Positions 9,749 through 17,698 of a stretch of DNA of 64,000 nucleotides are shown here, piece after piece. Position 1 is the first letter of the stretch. Every line of letters begins with the position of its first letter. The translations under genes were made by a program, and so were the position numbers. Origin of the DNA: an uncultured Pseudomonadota bacterium (GTDB lineage: Bacteria; Oederibacteriota; Muellerivitia; Muellerivitales; Muellerivitaceae); the NCBI GenBank assembly GCA_963770835.1, contig CAVYRH010000011.1, positions 192,001 to 256,000 of the forward strand, written 5' to 3'. The notes below the pieces were generated by a model, which was not told the DNA's origin, searched no databases, and saw nothing but the letters and a program-made list of their open reading frames with translations.

Positions 9749-10485
9749 TCCGGTACCCCTACACCCTTGTGAAAAGGCTCCTCCGCTTCGATTTGCCGTA
9801 AAGCCTTTTGAGCCGATTCTTGAATATCCTTGTCACGGGTGAACGACATGAGTTTTTGAAGCTCCACTTTGGCTTGTTTGTAATTCTGGAGCTTCAGGTA
9901 GGAATTGGCGATCAAAAGTTGGGCCGAATCCGCCAGCGGGTCAGTGGGATATTTCTCTGTCAATTCACGGTAGGCGGCTAGGGCGTCCCCCACCTTATCG
10001 TCCAGGAGAAGGCAATTCCCCGTTTGCAAGAGGACGTAACTATCCAACCCCTTTCCCGCGTAAACCACCGTCAATTTTTTATATTCCTTGCTGGCGGTCT
10101 GGTAATGCCCCAACCAATATTGGCAGTCGGCCAAAAGTTTTTGGGCGTCCATGGCAAAGCGCCCCGAGGGATATAGAGACAAAAGTTGCTTTAATGATAG
10201 TTTCGCGGCTTGGAAATCCGACCTCCCATAAGCCATGGCATAGGCATGCAGGAAAAGAGCTTCTTCCATGAAGGGGCCCGGTGGAACCTGGCTGATGATG
10301 TCTTTGGAGTCCTTAAGGCACGCCTCATAATCGCCTTGGGATAGGTCGTCCCGCACTTTACGAATAGGGGAATCATCCACGGAAGCCACCGTGGTCTTGG
10401 ATTTGAAGCAGCCCCACTCCCCTATCGAGGCGCAGAGGCACAAGGAGAAAAAAAGCATCACTAAAATTGGCAATTTTCGGTTCAA
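9745..10485 (-). CDS. Secreted TPR protein (YbgF/BamD-like repeats)
   Basis: N-terminal signal or possible lipobox; TPR helices ending YPSG.FA.DA and YPTDPLADSA. Confidence 0.75.
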   Translation of the reverse strand: MNRKLPILVMLFFSLCLCASIGEWGCFKSKTTVASVDDSPIRKVRDDLSQGDYEACLKDSKDIISQVPPGPFMEEALFLHAYAMAYGRSDFQAAKLSLKQLLSLYPSGRFAMDAQKLLADCQYWLGHYQTASKEYKKLTVVYAGKGLDSYVLLQTGNCLLLDDKVGDALAAYRELTEKYPTDPLADSAQLLIANSYLKLQNYKQAKVELQKLMSFTRDKDIQESAQKALRQIEAEEPFHKGVGVPE

Positions 10486-10562
10486 GAAGGCCTCATTACT
10501 CGGCTTTAGGCAATATGAGTGAATGACCGACAGCCGGCAACTAACGAATCAAAACAACCGTT

Positions 10563-12221
10563 TTACATTTGTTCCGGAGCCGAAACCCCCAGGAGACCTA
10601 AGGCGTTTTGAATCACGGTTTGAACCGCCAGGGCCAACCCCAAGCGGGCCTTGGCAACCTCCGGGGATGCGTCTAAAATCCGGTGTTTCGTGTAAAAAAG
10701 GTGAAAATCGGCTGCCAAATTGTGGAGATACACCACCATGCGGTGAGGCTCATAAGACTTGGCGCTTTCGACCACCCATTGTGGATATTCCATGATTTCT
10801 TTCAAGAGCAAAAAGGTTTCAGGTTCCAGGAGGGGTACAAATTCGCCCAAAAGCTTGGCAGGATGCAAGTTCCTTTCGGCGCACTTTTTGAGGAGGCTGC
10901 AAATACGGGCGTGGGCGTATTGGACGTAGAAGACCGGGTTTTCCTCGGTTTGCTTTTGGGCCACCTCAATATCAAAATCCAGGTGGGTGTTGGCCCCGCG
11001 CATGACAAAGAAATACCGGGCCGCATCTTTCCCCACCTGTTCCAGTAGCTCCTCCATGGTCACGAATCTGCCTTCCCGTTTGGACATTTTTACCTTCTGG
11101 CCCCCCGAAAGCAGGCTAACGTGCTGGGCGATGAGAACTTCGAAAAGCGAGTCTTCAAAACCCAGGGCCTTGTGGGCCGCTTTCATGCTGAGGATATGGC
11201 CGTGGTGGTCGGGCCCCATGATATTGACCACCTTGGAATAACCCCGTTTCAGTTTGTGCAGGTGGTAGGCGATGTCGGCCACGATATAGGCAGGCAAGCC
11301 GTTGCTTTTAACCAGCACCTCGTCCTTGTGAGCCCCGTATTCGGAGGTTTTGATCCAAGTCGCACCGTCCTTCTCGTAGGTCAGACCCAACCCCTTGAGT
11401 TTTTGGAGTGTCTCGGCCACCAGTCTCGAGTCGTGCAATTCGCGCCGTTCCGAAAACCACTGGTCAAAACGAACACCGTAATTTTCCAGGGACTCCTTGT
11501 GCCACTGGACCACCCGGTCCATGCCCCACTCACCCAATTTACCCATGGCAAGGTTATAATCCTTGGGGTCGCCTTCGGTCTCAGTCAAAAACTCTTGAGC
11601 CAAATCCTCCATGTAAGCGCCCTGGTAACCGCCCTCCGGGGCGTCCTTGGGAACCCCCCGGACCCGGCTGATGGCTGCTTCCAGTGACTCCCCGAACAAC
11701 CGGGCCTGGTTGCCGGCGTCATTGATGTAATATTCCGTTTCCACTTTTCCCCCGGAAAGGCGGATCAGCCGTGCAATGGCATCCCCCAAGACGGCGGCGC
11801 GGGCATTGACCACGTTCAAGGGGCCGGTAGGATTGGCGCTAACGAATTCCAAAAGAATCCTTTGGTCCTTTAACTGCATATTTTGCCCGTAATTGGGGCC
11901 TTGAACCAGGACTGCTTCCAAAACTCCGTAGAAAGCATTAGGGGTGAGTTTTAGGTTGATGAATCCGGGAGCGGCCGCCTCGGCCTTATTGAGTAGGAGT
12001 GGATCCACTTGTAGTCTCCCGACGATCTCCTGAGCGATGGGAAGAGGCGCTTTTTTTAGTCTTTTAGCCAGCGCCATGGCCACGGGCGTTGCATAATCAC
12101 CGTGGGCTTTGTCCTTGGGGCTTTCCAATGTGGCCAAAATATCGGGAACTCCATAAGGGGCAATGGCTGATCGCAGGGCAGCTGAAAGGGTTTGTTGTAT
12201 GGAAAAAATATCGTTGTTCAC
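10563..12221 (-). CDS. argS: Arginine--tRNA ligase
   Basis: HGDYAT, EFVSANPTGPL, MSKREG, NPVFYVQYAHARI, C-terminal GVSAPEQM. Confidence 0.97.
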   Translation of the reverse strand: MNNDIFSIQQTLSAALRSAIAPYGVPDILATLESPKDKAHGDYATPVAMALAKRLKKAPLPIAQEIVGRLQVDPLLLNKAEAAAPGFINLKLTPNAFYGVLEAVLVQGPNYGQNMQLKDQRILLEFVSANPTGPLNVVNARAAVLGDAIARLIRLSGGKVETEYYINDAGNQARLFGESLEAAISRVRGVPKDAPEGGYQGAYMEDLAQEFLTETEGDPKDYNLAMGKLGEWGMDRVVQWHKESLENYGVRFDQWFSERRELHDSRLVAETLQKLKGLGLTYEKDGATWIKTSEYGAHKDEVLVKSNGLPAYIVADIAYHLHKLKRGYSKVVNIMGPDHHGHILSMKAAHKALGFEDSLFEVLIAQHVSLLSGGQKVKMSKREGRFVTMEELLEQVGKDAARYFFVMRGANTHLDFDIEVAQKQTEENPVFYVQYAHARICSLLKKCAERNLHPAKLLGEFVPLLEPETFLLLKEIMEYPQWVVESAKSYEPHRMVVYLHNLAADFHLFYTKHRILDASPEVAKARLGLALAVQTVIQNALGLLGVSAPEQM

Positions 12222-12226
12222 GGGGA

Positions 12227-12592
12227 TTAAAGGGGCATCGTCAGTAAGGTTTTGTAGATCAGGGACCTCATCTTCAACTCAACCGATTCGAAATCGTTTT
12301 TCCGGCCCTCAAAAAGCTCCCAAATAATGTTTTCGATTTCAGGCGTGGGAGGAGGCAGGAACTCAACTTGGCGCTCTCCCTGGGAATCGGTGATGACATG
12401 CACCAGGCCCATACCCGCGAAAGTCTGCAATTTGGCCTCCAGCGCGTCCTCTGGGTAGGACACAAGTTCGCCGATGGATTTCAAGGGGAATCGGGAGCCC
12501 TTCACGATAAGCCACACCCCCAAAAGCATCCGGGAAGTGGTATTGGCGAAAAGTTTCTTGAATTTGTTGCGTTCAGTGACGATTTCGTTCAC
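12227..12592 (-). CDS. Hypothetical protein, possibly winged-helix fold
   Basis: Operonic 121-aa ORF overlapping the upstream gene; helix-turn-helix plus beta-hairpin-like pattern (SIGELVSY..DALEAKLQTFAGMGLVHV). Confidence 0.6.
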   Translation of the reverse strand: MNEIVTERNKFKKLFANTTSRMLLGVWLIVKGSRFPLKSIGELVSYPEDALEAKLQTFAGMGLVHVITDSQGERQVEFLPPPTPEIENIIWELFEGRKNDFESVELKMRSLIYKTLLTMPL

Positions 12593-13427
12593 GGAACCGC
12601 CCCCTTAATTTCGGATAATCCTTGCCGACAATCACGACCGCGTCCACGGAAGAAGACAGGCTGGGAACTTCCTGGATTGAATCCTTGGAAAGCCCCAGGC
12701 GTTCGACGGCTTCATCCAGTGCGACCGGCATTCCAGCGCAAGTCCGGATGATGGTTTGGGGATAGCGGAAATTATCGGCGTTGTCCGTATCGGTGATAAC
12801 AATCCCCGGGCCCTTAACCCGCCGGGCAACCCAGTCGGCGGCATTCGTTATACCACAACCATTGAGGATTTCCACTCGCACGACGCCCGGCGTTGGCACG
12901 GAACTGGGAGTGGCGGGTGGATGTTGGGTTGAAACATCGGAGGTAGCGACCGGAAGTTTTTCGGCCGTTTCTTCACCGGCGGTAAAAGGGGCCGGAGGAG
13001 GAGCCTTCATTGAAAACGAAAGATAGAACCGGTCGGCCCATTGTAAGTTGTCGAATACGCCCGGTAGGACGTCGGTGAAGAAACCCCTAAGCCCTCCCCC
13101 CAAAAAGCCAGGCCAACCTTCCTGCGTCACCGGGATTCCAATCACCGCTGGGTAACTTCCGTAATTTTTAGCGAAGGCCGCCAGGCGCCGGCTATCCTTT
13201 TGGACAAGTATTTCCCTACCCTCTTTTTTTTGATCCGGGCCCAGGGGTATGGATTCAACGACCACGTCTCGCCCGTTTAAGGGCGCCGATAACTTGAAAG
13301 CTTCCACCACGCCATCCGCGCCTTTTAGGGCGAACATAAAAATCGGATGACGGGTCAAGAAGGGATAAAGCCCCGCCAAAACCAAACCTAGCGGCAAAAA
13401 AACAATTATGGACTTACTTATTTTCAT
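12573..13427 (-). CDS. Membrane-anchored LytR C-terminal domain protein
   Basis: N-terminal TM; C-terminal VRVEILNGCGITNAA...NADNF.Y..T...DAVVIVGKDY. Confidence 0.85.
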   Translation of the reverse strand: MKISKSIIVFLPLGLVLAGLYPFLTRHPIFMFALKGADGVVEAFKLSAPLNGRDVVVESIPLGPDQKKEGREILVQKDSRRLAAFAKNYGSYPAVIGIPVTQEGWPGFLGGGLRGFFTDVLPGVFDNLQWADRFYLSFSMKAPPPAPFTAGEETAEKLPVATSDVSTQHPPATPSSVPTPGVVRVEILNGCGITNAADWVARRVKGPGIVITDTDNADNFRYPQTIIRTCAGMPVALDEAVERLGLSKDSIQEVPSLSSSVDAVVIVGKDYPKLRGRFRERNRH

Positions 13428-13476
13428 GGTTCCCTTATCACGAATACGATTTAATGGCATCCACACTCCAATTAGT

Positions 13477-14046
13477 TCACCCTAGCAAAAATTGGTTCCA
13501 GGTTTCCAACAGGCGCGGATGGATCATCATTCTCTTTTCCAGCAGGAATTGGATCGTCATGGAAGCCTTTGCTAAAACAGCCGCTTTCAAGCTCCTGCGG
13601 GCTAAGGCGCGGACTTTTTGAACACCCGCAAAACCCCGGGAGGGCTCGATGAAATCCGCCACGAAAACCAATTGGGCGAGGGGTCCCATTCGGGGGCTCC
13701 CCAAGGTGTGGCATCGGATGGCCTCCAAAACGGGCTTATCCCTGATCCCCCATTTTTGAAGTGCGATCGCCGCACCCGCTTGGGGGTGCCACAACCCCGG
13801 CATTTTTTCTTCGTTGGCATCCAGCCGGAATGCCGCCCTTTTAATCCACCCTTTCATTTCCTGCCTGCTTTTTTCCTTGGCACAGTCATGAAGCCAGGCC
13901 GCCAAACTGGCTTTTTCCACCGCTAGGCCGAAGCGCCTGGCTAATCTTTCGGAAGTCCGCACTACCCCCAGGATATGCTTCAAGCGATAAGGGCTGACTT
14001 GAGTCGGCACCCAATTTTGGATGGCTGAAAGTTTTGAACCCGGCAT
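13477..14046 (-). CDS. yqeK: HD-domain Ap4A hydrolase YqeK
   Basis: RLKHILGV, LAAWLHDCAK, LWH, AIRCHTLG, VFVADFIEPSR. ATG at 14046 overlaps the upstream stop. Confidence 0.9.
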   Translation of the reverse strand: MPGSKLSAIQNWVPTQVSPYRLKHILGVVRTSERLARRFGLAVEKASLAAWLHDCAKEKSRQEMKGWIKRAAFRLDANEEKMPGLWHPQAGAAIALQKWGIRDKPVLEAIRCHTLGSPRMGPLAQLVFVADFIEPSRGFAGVQKVRALARRSLKAAVLAKASMTIQFLLEKRMMIHPRLLETWNQFLLG

Positions 14047-14978
14047 TATCCGTAAATACCCGTATAGGCGATTCCCCGGATGATAGTTCTTTGGAAGAAA
14101 AGGAGCAAAACAACGGATGGGATGGTGCTTAAAACCAGGGCCGCCATGACCACATTCCAAGGTTCCCCGGTGTCAATCAATTTTTGGACACCCAGAACCA
14201 GGGGATAAAAATCGGGGTTGTTCAAAACGATCAAGGGCCAAAAAAACCCATTCCAGGTCGTGACGAAGGAAAAAATAGCCAGGATGGACATGATGGGTTT
14301 GGTCATAGGCAAAATAAAGCGGAAGAAAATCCGGGGTTCACTGCAGCCGTCAATACGGGCCGCGTAAAGAATCTCATTGGGAATCGAATCATAAAAGTCC
14401 TTCAACACGATGATGCTAAAGGCGCTGAAAACGCCCGGTAGGATGACGGCCCAATAGGTGTTAACGAGGTTGATGTTTTGAATGTCCGGACCCAGGGGAA
14501 AAAACTTCATGATCAGGTAGAGGGGGATGACAAGCACTTCGAAAGGGACCATCAAGGTCGTCATGAACATCAACAGGATGCCGCCCGCGAACCGCATACG
14601 AAGTTTCGTCAGTGAATAGGCCGCCATCGAACTGATTAAAAGCTGCCCCGCGACAACGCAGGTACAGATGAAAAGGCTGTTCAGAAAATAACGGCCAAAA
14701 GAAACCAACCGGAGGGCCTCCTCGTAATTATCGGTTTTGAAGTCTGCGGGCAAGTAGGTTTGGGGGATTGAATAGATTTCAGCGGGGGTCTTGAAGGATC
14801 CCAACACCATCCACACGATGGGAGCGACGACCAACAATGCCCCCGCCAAAAGAAGGAGGGTGCTAATGAAAAGCAAGAATTTTACCGAGGCTTTTTTCCT
14901 GTCCTGGTGGGAAAAAAGGCCCCGGACTTCTTTTGGCTTTGTTCCGCCTGTAACGGTAAGGACTGAGTCCGCTTTCAT
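14046..14978 (-). CDS. Carbohydrate ABC transporter permease (MalG-like)
   Basis: Multiple TMs; EAA-like loop EILYAARIDGCS; FVTTWNGFFWPL. Confidence 0.92.
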   Translation of the reverse strand: MKADSVLTVTGGTKPKEVRGLFSHQDRKKASVKFLLFISTLLLLAGALLVVAPIVWMVLGSFKTPAEIYSIPQTYLPADFKTDNYEEALRLVSFGRYFLNSLFICTCVVAGQLLISSMAAYSLTKLRMRFAGGILLMFMTTLMVPFEVLVIPLYLIMKFFPLGPDIQNINLVNTYWAVILPGVFSAFSIIVLKDFYDSIPNEILYAARIDGCSEPRIFFRFILPMTKPIMSILAIFSFVTTWNGFFWPLIVLNNPDFYPLVLGVQKLIDTGEPWNVVMAALVLSTIPSVVLLLFFQRTIIRGIAYTGIYG

Positions 14979-14991
14979 CTGTTTCCCCTTT

Positions 14992-16254
14992 TCATTGGGC
15001 GGTCTGCCGGATCTGGAAGAACCGAATCATCGTAAAGACGAACAAAAACGCAAACATCAGCATTGCCATGGCCGAAGCATATCCCAGGTCCATGGCGCCG
15101 AAGGCCGTTTTATAGATATAGGTCCCGATCACTTCGGTGTAGTGCATGGGGCCGCCGTTGGTCATTACGTAAACTTCCGTGAAAATCTGGAAAGCGGTCA
15201 GGACCTGGATGATGGATAGGATCCAGATAACGGGGCCCAGGTGCGGCATGGTTATGTTGAAGACTTTTTTTAAAGTCCCGGCGCCATCCAACTCGGCGGC
15301 CTCATACTGTTCCTCCGGCAGGTTTTGGAGGGCGGCGTAATAAATCAACATGAACCATCCGGTGTTTTTCCAAACGAACATGATCACGATGGAAAGAAGC
15401 GCCCAGGTGGAGGTCAGCCAGCCCACCGGCGGAAGGGACAGGAATTGGAGGATGGAGTTGAGAACCCCGAAGCCGTCGTCAAAAATCCATTTCCATAGGT
15501 TAGCGGCGGGAACCGTTGGAATAACGAAAGGCAGCAAGTAAAGAACCTTGAAGAACCCTTTCCCCCGAGTGATTTCATTTAGAACAATGGCCAATAAAAT
15601 GGGCGGCCATAGCCCCAACACAAGGGAAAAAAGCGTGAAGTAAACGGCATTAACGACGGTTTGCCAGAAAAGCGAATCCGAAAGGGCCCGGTTGTAATTT
15701 TCCCAACCGACCGAAACGCTGTTTCCCAAAGGGCTATAGTGAGTCAAGCTGATCCGGAAACCCTGGATCATGGGATAAAGGTAGAAGAGGGCGAAAAAGG
15801 CCAAGGCTGGCAGGAGGAACCAAAAAGCCTGGGCCCGGTAGCTTAAGGGGTGCCACCCCACCTTGCCGGGCCGGATGGGTTTGTCCGGTTCAATCGGTTT
15901 GTCAAAGATGGAGGCCGTTTTCCGGCGGTCCCGGACCTTGCCGCTTTCCTGGCGTTTTCGGATCAGCTCCTTGGCTCTCTCCTCAACGGTTTCGGTGGAC
16001 TGGCCCTGCAAGAACGGGGTTTGCTCAAGGGTTTCGGAAGGTTTCTTTTCCGGGGCTGACGGCGAAGAGGCGGAGCTGGGCATACCCAATTGCCTCATCA
16101 ATTCATTCCGGGTTTTTTCATCGTCATGCGACGGGACATCCTCGATTTCCAGGTCTAAGTCGCCGGAGTTGGCCTTCATCTCCTCCGGAACGGAAATCGG
16201 TTTCTTTTTTTCTTCATCGTCGTCGTAAATGGAAAAGGGCTTGTAATCAGGCAT
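14992..16254 (-). CDS. Carbohydrate ABC transporter permease (MalF-like) with long charged N-terminal extension
   Basis: YEAAELDGAG EAA motif, VYVMTNGGP, DLGYASA. Confidence 0.92.
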   Translation of the reverse strand: MPDYKPFSIYDDDEEKKKPISVPEEMKANSGDLDLEIEDVPSHDDEKTRNELMRQLGMPSSASSPSAPEKKPSETLEQTPFLQGQSTETVEERAKELIRKRQESGKVRDRRKTASIFDKPIEPDKPIRPGKVGWHPLSYRAQAFWFLLPALAFFALFYLYPMIQGFRISLTHYSPLGNSVSVGWENYNRALSDSLFWQTVVNAVYFTLFSLVLGLWPPILLAIVLNEITRGKGFFKVLYLLPFVIPTVPAANLWKWIFDDGFGVLNSILQFLSLPPVGWLTSTWALLSIVIMFVWKNTGWFMLIYYAALQNLPEEQYEAAELDGAGTLKKVFNITMPHLGPVIWILSIIQVLTAFQIFTEVYVMTNGGPMHYTEVIGTYIYKTAFGAMDLGYASAMAMLMFAFLFVFTMIRFFQIRQTAQ

Positions 16255-16284
16255 CGCGAAGGACTCCCGTCAAAACAAGATGGG

Positions 16285-17601
16285 TCATGGGGCCACCGCC
16301 ATTTTGTCGAAAATATCCCTGTCCGCCTCTTTGGCGTTGGCCAAAAGAAGCCTTTGGGGATCGGCCTCCGGGTCCAAAAGAACCTCTTGGAGGGGATCTT
16401 GGTCCAAAAGATCCCGCACTTGGGGCCAACCGTTGACATGCGGTTCTACCCGGGCCGTGTCGATGGCGCTTTGGACTCTCTGGAATTCGGGCACATTGGC
16501 GATACTGGCCGTGGAGCTGAATGCCCCGGCGTAAATAACCATCTTCAATTCATGCATGCGGGTCCATTTCCAGAGTTGGTATGCTGGATCCATCTCAAAA
16601 GCGATCCATTTCCAAGCAGCTTCCTTTTTTTCCGGCGTCGTGGCCGCGTTGATGACGTAAATATCCCCGCTCAAATGGGCCGCCCGGATGCCTGTAGGGC
16701 CGGCGGGCAGGGGCGCGATGCCGAAAGTGGCGGGATCAATTTTGTACCGGCTGATCAAGGCGGGCAGCTGGTTCTCCGTCCCCAGGATCATGGCCACCTT
16801 GCCCAGGGCGAACAAATGAAGCAGTTCGGTTTCGGGCATCAGTACGTCGGGCTGAAGAACGTTATATTTCCACCGCAATGATTTCCAGAAATTAAGGGCC
16901 GCCACGGCCTGTGGCCCCTCGAAGGCCGCTTGGGGACGCCCCGCCGGGCCTGACTGGATCATGTCGCCCCCGGCTTGCCAAACAAAGTCCTGGAAGTACC
17001 AGGTTTTGGGAACCAGTCCCAGGCCATATTGGCCCTGGTCCCGATGGGTTAAAGCGCGCGCATCCGTCACCAACTCGTCCCATGTGGCCGGTGGATTCTC
17101 GGGGTTCAAGCCGGCTTTGGTGAAGAGATCTCTCCGGTAAAGCAAAAAAAGGAAAAAGCTGTCGGCGGGGACCCCGTAATGGGAGTCGCCAATCTTTGTG
17201 CTGTCCATCAGTACCGGTTTGATGAAATCCCGCTGGGCCCAATCCTTCATGTAGGAATCTACCGGCTGCAAAAAGCCAAGGTTGGCGAGAGTTTGAATGG
17301 CGCCCACCCAGACCTTTACCACGTCTGGACCCTTCCCCCCGGCCATAACCGTGACGAATTCCTCCGGTTGGTATTCCCTTTCCACACCCTCGATCTTGAT
17401 GTCCGGGTTGTCCTTTTCGAACTTGGCCACCGATTCTTCCCAGATTTGGCGGTCCAGCGGCAGGGATTTGGGTGGAACGTCCCAGAGGCTAAGGTGGGTG
17501 ATGGTTTGATCTTGGAGGTTTTTTTGGTTTTGTTGCACCAGGAATTGGCTCAGGCCGAAAACGAGAACGGCCAAAAGAAAAAGAAGGAAAAGATTTTTCA
17601 T
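16285..17601 (-). CDS. Carbohydrate ABC transporter substrate-binding protein
   Basis: FEKDNPDIKIE, GPDV, YGVP, LLYRRDLF..AG...PPATWDEL, PLPAGP. Confidence 0.9.
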   Translation of the reverse strand: MKNLFLLFLLAVLVFGLSQFLVQQNQKNLQDQTITHLSLWDVPPKSLPLDRQIWEESVAKFEKDNPDIKIEGVEREYQPEEFVTVMAGGKGPDVVKVWVGAIQTLANLGFLQPVDSYMKDWAQRDFIKPVLMDSTKIGDSHYGVPADSFFLFLLYRRDLFTKAGLNPENPPATWDELVTDARALTHRDQGQYGLGLVPKTWYFQDFVWQAGGDMIQSGPAGRPQAAFEGPQAVAALNFWKSLRWKYNVLQPDVLMPETELLHLFALGKVAMILGTENQLPALISRYKIDPATFGIAPLPAGPTGIRAAHLSGDIYVINAATTPEKKEAAWKWIAFEMDPAYQLWKWTRMHELKMVIYAGAFSSTASIANVPEFQRVQSAIDTARVEPHVNGWPQVRDLLDQDPLQEVLLDPEADPQRLLLANAKEADRDIFDKMAVAP

Positions 17602-17698
17602 GCGCTCGAATGGACCCTCGAATGAATGACTTTTGGCTATCTTAACAAATTTAAAGGCGGTTTGGAAAAGGGTTTCGCGGGGATTTCAACGCCTCTTC

